DNA of 63,912 nt, filler included, from Octopus bimaculoides (Eukaryota), in assembly GCF_001194135.2 (NCBI RefSeq). It is 8 parts of 8 records of this genome, joined end to end, with 100 filler letters (N's around TTAATTAATTAA, not from the genome) between each part and the next. Parts side by side here need not be neighbours in the genome. Positions count along the whole stretch, not along the records: positions 24,931 to 48,355 come from NC_068983.1; positions 48,456 to 53,065 come from NC_068984.1; 6 more parts are not named here. The stretch is one strand, 5' to 3'. The position numbers and the translations under genes were made by a program. The notes under the pieces were generated by a model that did not search any database, was not told where the DNA came from, and worked only from the letters and a program-made list of their open reading frames with translations. The first letter of the stretch is position 1. Each line of letters opens with the position of its first letter. Of this stretch, positions 37,972-51,496 are shown piece by piece.

Positions 37972-38128
37972 AGGCAAGCAAATTTAAGAGAAAGGAACGA
38001 ATTGATTACATCGACCCAATACCTGACTGGTACTTTATTTTATCGATCCCGAAAGACAAAGTTGACCTCGACCGGAAGAAATACCGCATTTTGTCCGACA
38101 TGCTTACGATTCTGCCAGCTCTCAGCCT
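37972..38128 (-). mobile_element. SINE family B, internally deleted copy
   Basis: gattacatcgacccaatacctgactggtactttattttatcgatcccgaaag...gcttacgattctgccagctc. Confidence 0.7.
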
Positions 38129-38221
38129 TATGCATTTCTACACATACAAGATTTAATTCACACTTACGTATGCAGGAAAATAAAATTAAATGCATATTCA
38201 TGTGACAATATAGCTGATACC

Positions 38222-38602
38222 GTGGAGGCGCAATGACCCAGTGGTTAGGGCAGCAGACTCGTGGTCATAGGATCGCGGTTTCGATTCTCAGACCGGGTGT
38301 CGTGAGTGTTTATTGAGCGAAAACACTTAAAGCTCCACGAGGCTCCGCAGGGAATGGTGGTGAACCCTGCTGTACTCTTTCACAACTTTCTCTCACTCTT
38401 TCTTCCTGTTTCTGTTGTGCCTGTAATTCAAAGGGCCAGCCTTGTCACACTGTGTCACGCTGAATCTCTCCGAGAACTACGTTAATGGTACACGTGTCTG
38501 TGGAGTGCTCAGCCACTTGCACGTTAATTTCACGAGCAGGCTGTTCCGTTGATCGGATCAACTGGAACCCTCGACGTCGTAAGCGGCGGAGTGCCAACAA
38601 CA
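38222..38602 (+). mobile_element. tRNA-derived SINE family C, variant 1
   Basis: A-box-like gacccagtggttaggg, B-box-like ggtttcgattc, body tgtgcctgtaattcaaagggccagccttgtcac..., tail gtcgtaagcggcggagtgcca(aca)n. Confidence 0.85.
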
Positions 38603-39425
38603 ATAGCTGATATCCTATAAAAAAATGGGCGAGCTGATTCTCAACAAAGGCGCACATTGTTGGACGTGGGAAGTTAAGAGTTGAGTAAATGGACTGTTCC
38701 TTGCCCATCCTAACACTTGGCTTTTCTTTTATTTGATCAGCCTCGAAAGAATAAAAGGCAAAATCAGCCATGACAGAATTTTAAACCAATGTACAACTAC
38801 GTGACTAAAATATTCTAGGGCATTTTGTCTGGTACTCTACCGATTCTGCTGGCACACCGTTGAAAGCTCACATATTTATAGACAAAGAGTATAGTCGATT
38901 GATTTTTACTTTTACTTGCTGTATCTAGAGGAAAGAACAGTGCCTATTATCTGAATAGGCCCTCCGAGACAGTGAGTTTGATGTTGTTAATACTGTTTAA
39001 ATTGTTACAGGTCGGCGTTTGAAGGAAAGACATGAGAGGGGAGAAAATTCCACAGGGAAGATGTTTTGGGGAGGAAGGATTGAGCATAATTGTTAACATG
39101 GGCAGGGGTATTTGGATACAACAAGGATGACGAGAGGTGGAGAGACGTGTGATAGAGGTACGAGACCAGCCAGATCAGCGGAACAGAGGCCATTACAGCA
39201 GTGATAGAAAAGATAGAGAGAGGAGACAGCTGGAGCATGTCGGTTTGTGACTGACTACCATACTGTTCAGTAGATTCTCAGGATTCGATCCCCAGTACAT
39301 GACTGTACATTTTCTTCTGAGATGCGTGGGCGCATGCGCACACGCGTTTTGCAACCGACACAAGAAAAATTGTGTTGCAGAAATTGTTAATTGCCTAAAA
39401 TAATATAGTGATTATTAATTGAGTA

Positions 39426-39745
39426 AAGGCGCGTGGCCAAGTGGTTAGGGTATTCGGACCACAATCGTAGGGTCGCGAGCTCGATTCCCGGTAGCTCGTG
39501 TCCTTGAGCAAGTTACTTCATTTCGCGTTGCTCCAGTCCACTCAGCTGACAAAAATAAGTTGTGCCTGTATTTCAAAGGGCCAGCCTTGTCACATTCTGT
39601 GTCATGCTGAATCTCTACCTGAGAACTACGTTAAAGGTATGCGTGTCTGTGGAGCGCTCAGTCACTCGCACGTTAATTTCACGAGCAGGTTGTTCTATTG
39701 ATCGGATCGACAGGAACCCTTGTCGTCGTAACCGACGGAGTGCCA
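39426..39745 (+). mobile_element. SINE family C, variant 2
   Basis: tRNA-like head ggccaagtggttaggg...ctcgattccc, mid module gtgtccttgagcaagttactt...gttgctccagtccactcagctg, and the same 3' body and tail as 38435-38602. Confidence 0.85.
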
Positions 39746-40040
39746 TTCTTTCTTTTTTTTTTTAATAAATTATTATGCATTCAGTGCACTTTTACTTTTA
39801 TCAGATAGGAAAATCATTTGCATAACGTAAATTTTTTGTGCGTACAGACTACTCAAATTTAAAGAGAAGGCACTTATGTTATCGACCCGGAGCGATGAAA
39901 AGTCATTTTGAAATGGACTTTAAACTCAGAACAAATGTTGTAGAGGTTTTAATTCGACGTAATCATTTTTGTCACTGTAGGGTAATCTACAAAAAACAAG
40001 AAAACAAAAAACTCTACAATACTATTACCTTTTACGTGTT

Positions 40041-40222
40041 TCAGTCACTAGACTACGGCCATGCTGGAGTACCGCCTTGAAGCGTTTAGTCGAACAAATT
40101 AATCTCAGTACTTATATATTTTAAAGTCTGACATTTATACAACCGGTCACTTTTGGCCAAACCACCAAGCTACGGGGATATAAACAACCCAACAACGCTC
40201 GTCAAGTGGTGGGGAGACAAAC

Positions 40223-40302
<80 letters not shown>

Positions 40303-40325
40303 TACATATATATACATATATACAT

Positions 40326-40356
<31 letters not shown>

Positions 40357-40360
40357 CATA

Positions 40361-40397
<37 letters not shown>

Positions 40398-40504
40398 GCA
40401 TATATATACATACATAAATACATATCTATACATACATATATATATACATACAAATATATACATATATATACGTACATATATACATATACATACATATCTA
40501 TCTA

Positions 40505-40537
<33 letters not shown>

Positions 40538-40720
40538 GCATACATACATACATACATATNNNNNNNNNNTATATATATACGACGGGCCTCCACACAGTTT
40601 CTGTCTACAAAATACACAAACAAGACATTGTTCACCGCAGAGGGTATTTGCCCAAGGTGTCGTGGGACTGAATCAGAAAAGATGTGGTTGGAAAGCGAGC
40701 GCCTTAACCACACAACCATG
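40041..40720 (-). mobile_element. SINE family A copy with a strongly expanded internal microsatellite (about 40220-40580)
   Basis: 3' body at 40041-40220 and head at 40581-40720, in collinear order around a complex CA/TA tract. Confidence 0.8.
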
Positions 40721-40792
40721 CCTGTGCCTAAAAGGTTATCTAGAATTAAATACCTAGAGGAAAACAGTACATGGAAGGGTTGGTACTGTGAA

Positions 40793-41043
40793 AGTGGGTG
40801 GCCCAGTGGTTAACGTAGTTGTACTCAGGATCGTAAGATCGCAGTTTCCATTCCCGGACCAGGTGGTGTGTTGTGTTCTTTAGCAAAACACTTTATTTCA
40901 CGTTGCCCCGGTCCACTCAACCGTAAATGAGTGACCCTTCGACGGACTAGCGTCCACTACATGGGGTGGTGTTGTGATTCCAGTCGTTTATATGCCATGG
41001 AAAATGGGTAAATGGCCTGATGAGTCCTAGGACTCGAGACAGA

Positions 41044-41045
<2 letters not shown>
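40793..41045 (+). mobile_element. SINE family C, variant 3 (different 3' tail)
   Basis: Head and mid module resemble 39426 (ggcccagtggtt..., gttgccccggtccactcaac). The tail is atatgccatggaaaatggg...ggcctgatgagtcctaggactcg followed by (ACT)n. Confidence 0.8.
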
Positions 41046-41083
<38 letters not shown>

Positions 41084-41181
41084 ATACTAATACTGCTGCT
41101 GCTGCTAGAATTGGTACTAACGATGCAGATTTAATCAAATTTAGTTGAACATTACAAACCCGTATGTGTGCGTGTGGTGTG

Positions 41182-41212
<31 letters not shown>

Positions 41213-42226
41213 TGGCGCAATCGTTCAAATAACTCAATTTCAAACTGGAATGCTGTTGATTTCATACTGAGGCACACGGCCGAAAATTATTTAGTGAAGG
41301 TAATGAGTGAGTGACGTTCATGCCTCACCATGTCTTTCCCGAGTGTTAGATCGAGGAAGTTAGACCGGGCGTGTTAGATCTTAAAATACTTGCTACAGAC
41401 GCAGCAATACCAGGGCCCAGGAGGGCCTGAATAATGCAATTTCATCATATTTCAATAAGGATGAGGATTCACTTATTCGGTGCAGTACCCGGGCCTATGA
41501 GCACGTAACGGTGGCCCAGGATATAAATTAAGTAACTGCATCCAAAGATCGAACGCCTTTTGACAGGCGATGCATGAACCTTGATTAAGTTTTAAGTCGG
41601 TAATTTACAATAGAAATGGGGCAAACATTTGCAACCTGTAACTATTTTATTTTTAAATATATTGCTAATGTAACTGGGAAATGGATGAAAGCCAGAACTG
41701 TACATTTCTTCTGCCAGTAAATCTGAGACGTCTTCTCTTTGCAAAATACCAACAGAGAGCGCCTTAACGTGGTCTAACATCCTGTTGTGAACGACAGACA
41801 AATCGCTCTCAAATTGCACACTGCAATTTTTTAAAAGGAGGACATATTGGATAGCGTAATGTCAGTCTAGTCGGATGCGCATGCCCGAAAAAAGTGGAAG
41901 ACAAAAATGAAAGACAAGTGGTCGTGGCTGTAGTACCTTTGATCACATCTCTACTCAATCAGGGCTGACCTGGGGGTTAAGGAACAACAGCCAATAGTTA
42001 TTTCTGTGATTAGGCATTGTGGTAGCAAGCAAAGTAGATATGAGTAACAATTCTGGTCTTTATACTCTGACAAGTTTCATAAACATTTGCTGGAAAATTC
42101 CAGTGTTGTTGAAGTAACACAAGATGTTTGACGACTCGTTCGGGGTTTAGCTCAGAGGATATTTCACAAGAAATATGCAAGGTTTTACTCAAGGTCAAGC
42201 AAGAGTGCAAATTAGGCGCACATACG

Positions 42227-42271
<45 letters not shown>

Positions 42272-45200
42272 GCATAATACTTTCACGCGGTTGTTTCTCA
42301 AATTCATTTACAAGGTGTTGGTCAGTCCGGAGGTTTTAGTAGAAAACACTTACCCAAGTTACCGTGCTGTGGGACTGAACNNNNNNNNNNNNNNNNNNNN
42401 NNNNNNNNNNNNNNNNNNNNNNNNNNNNNNNNNNNNNNNNNNNNNNNNNNNNNNNNNNNNNNNNNNNNNNNNNNNNNNNNNNNNNNNNNNNNNNNNNNNN
42501 NNNNNNNNNNNNNNNNNNNNNNNNNNNNNNNNNNNNNNNNNNNNNNNNNNNNNNNNNNNNNNNNNNNNNNNNNNNNNNNNNNNNNNNNNNNNNNNNNNTG
42601 AAATAATAAATGAATATACAAACAAATAAAATATGCAGTCAATGCAAAAGGCAGACAACAGGCAAACGCATATTGAAATGAGTAAATAAAAGAATATTTT
42701 AAGGATGGTTTGGTGAGTGGGATTGTAACGGTAGGCTGAGGAAAAAGCGTGTAAAGAAAAACAAAGGCAGGCGATACATATTAAAGCATATGGTGATGCA
42801 TGGCATTGTTTTATGAAAAAACATGGAAAGCTATTTAATAACATGGAATACAAATCAGTTGGCAAACGCCACAGGATGAGACTGAAAAATGAACTGAAAA
42901 ATAGTGTTATAGGAGGGTTTTTTTTTTAAAATAGAATATTAATACGGAGCGTTTATTTTATTGTTTAGAGGATTTATAAATGGTCTACATAGAAAACTTA
43001 ATTAAATGAATAAGGAAGCAGTAAGGTAAAAGAAAAAGCAGGTAATTTTAATTTTTTAAGCTATTTAAGAATACTAATCAGGAGCGATTATGAATGGATT
43101 TGATAGTATGTTACTAAGAGGGTTAAACGTTTGTGAAATCGATCACCTCTGTAAAGTTATCAGTAATCTCTGTTTTAAAATAAATCTCTGAAGATGGATG
43201 AAATATAGCTAACATATTTTATCGATCCATTTCTATAAAGATTTTTCATAGAACTGTTTTTTTAATACCTGGATATATATCAAAATATTTAACAGGGTGC
43301 AAAAAATCTGCCTCGGGTCTTATTGAATGAAAATGGCGATAGACATAACTATGAGAGTTTGAGAGTTAAAGCTAAAATTTATGAGAACAACGTAGGTAGT
43401 GTAATCGTAAAGGGTGAAAGATACAAAGAGGAACAGTTTAAAGTTCGTTAGGACACAAATCAGAAGAAATAAGGAAGCGTTTCTTCCATGTTTAATAATT
43501 ATTTCAACCTACTTACTTCAGGACTTGTCTTGTGGAGTACTTCTGCACCATCGTTGCCGTTTGGAGGTCTACAAGGAATTTCTGGAGGACAATTCTGACA
43601 TCAGGGAATATAAGTATTCAGAAAAACACCCCGATTCTCATACACACAACAGACTATCTAAGGGATAAGCATACTTGGTTCAGTTATATCAACTAGCATT
43701 GAATGGCAGGTAACCCGTAGGGAAAGATTATACAGAACTGATGTATTTGCTTCGTAAGAATCTGTACTCGCTAAGTTAGAAGAAATATTTAACTAAACGA
43801 TAAAAAAAAAATGATAAAAAAAAACGCTTTCTATAAATGATAGGAGAGAAGATTTAAGAGCAATAATTATCACTAACTGATTTCTATAAATTTTTGGTTC
43901 GGAATCTAATTCTGTATTTTTCCCGCTGGAGACTTTCGGATCGGAACAATTTTTCATCGTAACATATTTGAAGACATCTGGAACAAGCGGGCTGGAAGCT
44001 GGAACTGAAATGATAGCTGAGAAATAAGCTCATGCATTGCCTTAGTATTTAAACTGCAAGATCGTTGTCGATTGGAACAAGAATCATCCAATAAGAACCG
44101 GTTATTTTTTGATTACGTCACTGCATAAACCGGCTGTGTGAACCAATGATATTTGTGCAGGCACTAATTTGCCACAGTCTCCCCCACAAAAGGCCATAGA
44201 CTTTGCCTTTACTGATGACTCAAATAAATCTGAGTCATTTCTGTCAAGCTAAATTTTTTTTTCGTAAAACTTTTTGCACTGAATATTACATGAACTTATT
44301 GGAATTTTACTGTAAGTCGCTTTACAAAATATTGAAACAAAATATTACTTTACAAATTGCTATAAAAGTTACTTCACAATTATTAAAACTTTTTTCCTTT
44401 TTTTTACAAAAGTTTTCTTGAAATCATTTGGACTGATTGAAAGCAATCTGGAAGATTTAAAAGACTTGATTATTTTAATAGAATTTCTAATTAATTTTAA
44501 AACTATCAAACTATGAATAAAACAAATACAATTATTTAATTATAATTATCAAGACGTTACCATTATATAATTATATTTACCAAGATGTTACCATGATAAA
44601 AATAACAGAATTTATTATATATCTTGTTTCCATATATTAAACCCTTTTTTCTCAACTCTTTATCAACCTATCTTTCCATCTTGCATAGTCTCCCTATCTT
44701 TTTACATTCTTACCTTATTTCTTTATGCTCCACTCCTGTCACCAACAACTTAATACTGGTATACTAACATATTAGCAGTAGGAATCCGAACACACATTCT
44801 TGTGCGGTGAGTTAAACCTTATCCACCCACAACATTTTATTATTTATATAATTTGGGCAGAAAGGAAACTATATTTAGGAATCTAATTACGGATAAGATA
44901 TTTTGATAGTATTCTGTGTTCATATTTAGCCGCCGATTTCCATTTTTGTTTTACATCTGAAATAATAAAAATTTACCCAACATAATTTTAAATATGAAAG
45001 GATTTTTTCTTCCCTGAACAAATTAATAATTAAATAAATTCTAAAATTGAGATAAGTTAGAAATCTTGATTGACTATTAATAATACCGATCATCATTATT
45101 CAAATTCAATAATTGACGTTACTTATTATAATTTTACTACCGACAAGTGTATCGGTATTTTTCATTACAAGCAGCCATTTTGTGTCCGTTTTAAATATGT

Positions 45201-45952
45201 TCACTACTTACAGAGAGCATATAAAATTTAGTTAGGTATTTTTCAACAAAAAACCGGACGTGCTATTAGAAGAACTGAAGTGTATAATTAGTAAAATTAA
45301 ACTGGTAATCAAGATAGAAAAAAACCAAAGACATTAAACGTGATGACAATTTACTTCTCTTATGATAGACTAACATATATGGAGGACATTTACATATATT
45401 TTGAATGGCGATTCGCTTACGTCGACACAAGTTCAACATTTTCGAAGAAAGTATACACCGCTTTTGGGAGAAGACATTAAAGCTGAACTCGGCGGGATTT
45501 GAAGACCAAACAAAAAGCATCGAAAATATTGCAATGCTCCGAGACTAACATTGCTCTGACTCGGCTATTACGATCGCTGTACGGAGTTTTATTGTATAGT
45601 TAAAAGTACACAATATATATAACAAGATACAAATAATCAAAATCCTAAACGATTCTTAACGAGAAAATTTTGCTAGCAAGATTTTATGCAATAAAAACTG
45701 GAAATGTTAGTATTGCAACGAATTAAGAAACAATAAGTGTGTGCATATGGCAATCTACTGCTATAATTTTATTACAATTGAGGACCGTTACAAAGCATCA
45801 AGTGTGTGTGTGCGCGCGTGCGTGCGTGCGTGCGGACTATTGAAATAGCATACATTTGGGTGGCATTTACATCTAATTATCTGCACCTGTATAATCTATG
45901 TATATGTGTATGTATGTACGTGTGTATATAAGCGTGTGTATATCTATCTATA

Positions 45953-46047
<95 letters not shown>

Positions 46048-46342
46048 CCACAGCTTTTAGGCTAAAACGTATAATATTGATAAAAGAATAAAAGTATACA
46101 CACTCACATACGCACAAACTCACACACACATATGCATATATATGTGTGTGTGTGCGTGTGTGTGTGTATGAAACGTTACTCGAAACAAGTTTAATATGAT
46201 GTACCAATAGATTATTAGTAGAATACCAGAAGAATTTAAAAGACTCATCAAACACGAGTGTTCGAAAATCATTGATAAAATCTGTTGATTGATTAGATCA
46301 ATAACCGAAGAAAGTTTTTATTTAGCCAAATATAAATAAGTG

Positions 46343-46381
<39 letters not shown>

Positions 46382-46613
46382 ATATTTACGCACATTTTTA
46401 CATATGTATGTGTGTATATATATATATATATANNNNNNNNNNNNNNNNNNNNNNNNNNNNNNNNNNNNNNNNNNNNNNNNNNNNNNNNNNNNNNNNNNNN
46501 NNNNNNNNNNNNNNNNNNNNNNNNNNNNNNNNNNNNNNNNNNNNNNNNNNNNNNNNNNNNNNNNNNNNNNNNNNNNNNNNNNNNNNNNNNNNNNNNNNNN
46601 NNNNNNNNNNNNN

Positions 46614-46659
<46 letters not shown>

Positions 46660-47197
46660 ATGTGTGTGTGTGTGTGTGTATGTGTAGAAAAGACATTTTT
46701 GTCGGCACCAATATTTAAAGAATTCTTTCAAGATAAAGATGATGCCAAGCATATACATTAGTTATTCAAAGTCACTATATCACAGTAAACCGTATGCAGA
46801 GGGTGTATAATGAATGCCGAGTGTATAATGCATATATAGAAAATCGCAGTTGGCTTTTTCATGATGCAATGTCTGTCGAGTTTATCGCCAGACGGATCGA
46901 ACATTTGTATCCCGTTATCGATACCAAAAAGTTTTATCTTGCGCACCTTGTCATTACGGTGAAACTACTGTGTAATTAATATGCTTGTAGTACCAAAAAA
47001 TCCGGTATCTTTGCCCTGACGCGGACATCGAGAAGACAGAAAAAATACTTTGTTACAATGTTGATATTCCATCAGAAGATTGTCATGTAAGTAACCCATT
47101 GATGAATACCTTTAATAAAATAAATAAAGTACTTTTTCACACTTTAATGCTAGAAATAAAATATTCAACCAAAGCCATAAATGCGACTGTATTCTAA

Positions 47198-47257
<60 letters not shown>

Positions 47258-47372
47258 GCCTGTCTGTCTGTCTGTCTGTCGGCCTGCCTGTCTGTCTATC
47301 TATCTACCGCTCAAAGCGCATGTATATGTATGTAACCTTCCCTGTCTGTTTGTCTGTCGGTCTGTCTGGATG

Positions 47373-47414
<42 letters not shown>

Positions 47415-47570
47415 TGTATGTATGCGCTTGTAATATATGTGTATATGAATGTATGTGCTTGCATGATGTATGTATTTTATAAAGGCATATACATATATAT
47501 GTATGTATGTATACACACACACATATATAAACACATTTATGCATATACATATGTGCATATACGTGTGTGC

Positions 47571-47604
<34 letters not shown>

Positions 47605-47847
47605 GCGTGTAAAACAATTCCATTTTTTGCTGAATTCAAGACGTCTGATGCAAACCTAACGTACACAAATGAACGCGAAGGCTAGTCCGATTTTTAATAT
47701 GTCTTTCATTTTTATAAGAGAAAATTGGAAACGGGCTACATATATTTTCTAAGTACTTAGATTGAATTATTTAGACATGATTTTTTAAATTTCGCATTTC
47801 TTACTCAACGAGTTGCTCCCGATATGTGTGTATGTGTGAATATATAT

Positions 47848-47884
<37 letters not shown>

Positions 47885-48145
47885 NNNNNNNNNNNNNNNN
47901 NNNNNNNNNNNNNNNNNNNNNNNNNNNNNNNNNNNNNNNNNNNNNNNNNNNNNNNNNNNNNNNNNNNNNNNNNNNNNNNNNNNNNNNNNNNNNNNNNNNN
48001 NNNNNNNNNNNNNNNNNNNNNNNNNNNNNNNNNNNNNNNNNNNNNNNNNNNNNNNNNNNNNNNNNNNNNNNNNNNNNNNNGTCGTATATATATATATATA
48101 TATATAACCTAAAGGCAATATATATATATACATATTATAAGCGCA

Positions 48146-48288
48146 TGAGTTGGTGTGTGGTAAGTAGCTTGCTTACCAACCACATGGTTCCAGGCTCAGT
48201 CTCTCTGCGTAGCACCTTGAGCAAGTGCCTAGTCTCGAGCAGACTTGTGAGTGAATTTGGTAGACGGAAACTGAAAGAAGCCCGTCGT
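48146..48288 (+). mobile_element. SINE family A, 5' half
   Basis: tgtgtggtaagtagcttgcttaccaaccacatggttcc...gaagcccgtcg followed by TA/TG. Confidence 0.85.
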
Positions 48289-48298
48289 GTATATATAA

Positions 48299-48340
<42 letters not shown>

Positions 48341-48759
48341 TTGTAGCTGTTTATGNNNNNNNNNNNNNNNNNNNNNNNNNNNNNNNNNNNNNNNNNNNNT
48401 TAATTAATTAANNNNNNNNNNNNNNNNNNNNNNNNNNNNNNNNNNNNNNNNNNNNGGCCCTGCAAACAAGTCTGGTATGCTAGAATAATGCTCATAGGGC
48501 ATACCATCTGTTGTATTTCCCTCGGGTGACTTGCAGAGATAACACAACGAGTTATACAAATTTAATTATTACATTTATTATTCAATTACATAGAAAGAAC
48601 GCACTCACCCAATGTTCGTTATGAATAAACAAAAGTCATGTCCGCCATATTTATCTCAATGACATTTTACTACGACAGTCCCACAAGACAACAACAATGA
48701 AACAATGAACTCAGACGAACCACGGTGACACACGGAACGTCAGACGAATTACATATCTA

Positions 48760-49570
48760 ACAGTCCATATAACACCATCTAATCTTGGCGATCCATCTCC
48801 CCCCTCCACCACCGTGCAAGCCATTATCTCGTCCCGTATTTCTTCCATTGTTATTGGCCTTTCACAACACTCTGCATCTCTTGCTGAGAGTCGTGGCAGA
48901 TCATCGAGGTAGGCAGTGAAATCCATCCTGTGATCTAGCCCACTGTTCGTCCCAAACAAATTGGGCAAAATAGTGCTGAAAAGCTGCATATATCTGCTCC
49001 GGCTCATTCATCGTGCATCCATTTTGGTTCACCAAAGACCGAATAGTGTTTTTGTTGCCATTTTGCGCCTTGACCACCCAGGCCCATCGGGCAGCTTTAG
49101 TTCCCTCTTGTCTCAGAACACGTGCCTTAGCTCTGACAATGCAACTTTTGTGCTTGGCACTGAAGTGTTGATCAAGGGCCAACCAATACGTCTGTTGCAA
49201 TGCCTTTCCTAAGCACCTCTTCTAACTTTCTCACTAAATTGCCCTATATTCTATTTCTTTCTACAGCTAAAACTTTGCTAAATCTAACAGATTCTACTTT
49301 GATGGTCCAGCAAGCGTTCATTTCTGGTGGTATCTCTAGTATTTTTATCTTGTTGGAGCCAGGACAAGTTCACTGTTTCTCAGCTCGGCTGTTGAGTGCT
49401 GTTTGCTACGTATTCTGTAGCAAATCTTTCTTCAATTGTGCCATATTTCTTACCCCTTGCCAGATAAGTTACGTCTTTCCAAATGGGTTGCATGCATTTT
49501 TCAACTGCTTGCGTTGTGGCAGTTTCTAAACGTTTATTTTTTAATGACATAGTTTTGTACACTATGGTGC
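48760..49570 (-). mobile_element. L1/Tx1-clade LINE ORF2 fragment (endonuclease-RT linker), frameshifted
   Basis: SCIVRAKARVLRQEGTKAARW...KNTIRSLVNQNG...EQIYAAFQHYFAQ...FTAYLDDLPRLSARDAECCERPITMEEIRDEI...SPRLDG follows the L1/Tx1 linker pattern LP.L......LE.PIT.EEI...KSPG.DG. Clade assignment is from motif memory. Confidence 0.7.
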
Positions 49571-49770
49571 TGTAGCATACACTCAAGTGAAATTCCTCCC
49601 CTTTATATATATGAACATTCGAACGTAGCAGATAACAGCTAACTATTGGCCGCTATTTCGACCCCATTGTGTTCACTACTCTGATTGGTTGGTATTGGCG
49701 CAATTTGTCTCTTACTCTATTGCACCAAGTCTTTGGTTCCAGACCTTTTAAGGTCTAGCCACGTGAGACA

Positions 49771-49896
49771 ACAATTCCATCTATAATGTTGACCCAATGT
49801 AGAACACGCACTACGGTCCACAATCTATAATGGTGACCCGACGTAGAGCACGCACCACAATTCCATCTATAATGGCGATCTGACTTAGAACATGCA
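49771..49896. repeat. Minisatellite, 3 units of about 43 bp
   Basis: tctataatg at 49780, 49824 and 49866, each followed by gacc/gatc...tagaac/tagagc...gca. Confidence 0.75.
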
Positions 49897-49934
49897 TTCG
49901 TTTCCATAGTTCAGTGCCAGCTTTCATTTTATTT

Positions 49935-50945
49935 CAATGACCAACCGTTCTTTCTAATATACAGATTTAAGTAGATAGCTGGAGAGTGTCTGACAAAGTT
50001 CTTGCTGAGTGATGCTAAGACACCTTCAACCTTCTTGACAACCTTGGAGATGTGGTTTGTCCAACACAGATTGCCATTTGCAATAATTTCCAGATCATGT
50101 TCACTAACAGACTTTTTAAGATTGGTGTAGTTGAGGGAGTATGTAAAAGCTGGGTTTTTCCTCCCAAAGTGCATGGTGATGCACTTATCCACGGCTAGCT
50201 TGAGTTGCCAGTCAGTAATCCATTTCTGCATTGTGTTCAGTTCTGATTGCAGGAAAGATCTATAGTGCATAGAATCTGTTCTTTTTATTCCAAGGTACAG
50301 CTTGATGTCATCTGCATATTTCAACACTGTAACATTTTTCAAGTTGGCATCTATGTCATTAATATAATCAACAAACAATAAGGGTCCAAGAATGGATTCC
50401 TGTGGTACACCAAATGTCATCTCATAGACTGCAGAATGATGTCCTAGAACCATAACTACCTCTTTTCAACTGAGAACGAAGGACTTCAGCCAGTTACAGA
50501 GATTATCCGTCACCTTCATTGCAGAGAATTTTGTAATGAGTTGTTTGTGTGGTACAGAATTGAAGAATTTAGCAAAATCAAGATAGATGATACTCACCCA
50601 TGAGCTGTCATCAGTAATTTGGGTGATATCCTCAAGAAACTTGATGAGTTGGCTACAGCAGCTGGAGTTAGGGATAAATCCAAATTGTGAGAGTCAAATA
50701 AGGCTGTGAGAGCTCCAAAATTTCACAGAGCGCCATCAGTTTGGGGATGCAGCTAGTAAAATTGACTGCATGGTAGTTGACAGGTGATGTGCAATTACTC
50801 TTTTTGAACAGGGGAATGACACTGGCAATTTTCCACTGCTCTTGAATGATACAGTTATTATGGCAGAATTGAAACACAGTTATTATGGCACATTTGAGGA
50901 GCAGATAAGTAACATCATCAAGACCAGGAGAGGCATAGTTGTGCT
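49935..50945 (-). mobile_element. CR1/L2-group LINE reverse transcriptase pseudogene
   Basis: SPGLD...WKIASVIPLFKK...PVNYHAVNFTSCIPKLM; IYLDFAKFFNSVPHKQL; GVPQESILGPLLFVDYIND; KYADDIKLY; W.TDWQLKLAVDKC; HDLEII..NLCWTNHI. It contains stops and frameshifts. Confidence 0.93.
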
Positions 50946-51496
50946 TATTCTTGAGGTGGTGTCGCAGCATTGTGTGTGTGATATGTGTGTGTGTGTGTAT
51001 CTGTATACAAGTGTGCACATATTACAAGGAATATGTTGTCAGTGACTTTGAAGTTTATGCTCAAAGCTTATACTTTGAAGTTTATGCTTTTGTCAGACTG
51101 ACAATAGCAACTGGTCTGAAATTTCGAAGTTATTGTCAACTTTATCCTTGTAAAACTAAATGTAAAACTCTACTTCAGAATATCAAATGTTTCAGGCAGG
51201 GCTGTAGTGGACACAGCTGTGGTTGTGTAGTTAAGAAGTTTGTTTACTTGCTATATGGTTTAGTCCCACAGCATAACATCTTGGGCAAGTGTCTTTGGTC
51301 AGAAATTTAAATGTAATAAAATGTTTTAAAAGAAATTTAAAGTGCCTACGTGACATCTGTAAACCTACTTTTAGGCCACTCTGTATCTTATCTTATGGTT
51401 GTCAACTCATTAATTGAGTATAACCTTTTCCAGCACCCACACTGACAGAACACATATACACAAGCATTAAACCAGTTAAAACTAAGCAAACACACA

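Noticed and set aside
38222-38300. tRNA genes at SINE heads (also 39426, 40793 and family A/B heads)
   Set aside because: A- and B-box-like motifs are present but there is no closable cloverleaf or acceptor stem, and each continues into a repeat body.
41017-41040. CTGATGA followed by the 14-bp palindrome GAGTCCTAGGACTC, resembling a hammerhead
   Set aside because: There is no GAAA box (GAGAC, offset by 2 nt), the loop would be only 2 nt, and no stem III is present. It is better explained as the stem-loop of a LINE-derived SINE tail.
43414-43668. 84-aa ORF with an internal cttcag acceptor
   Set aside because: I recognise no domain, and there is no convincing donor or partner exon.
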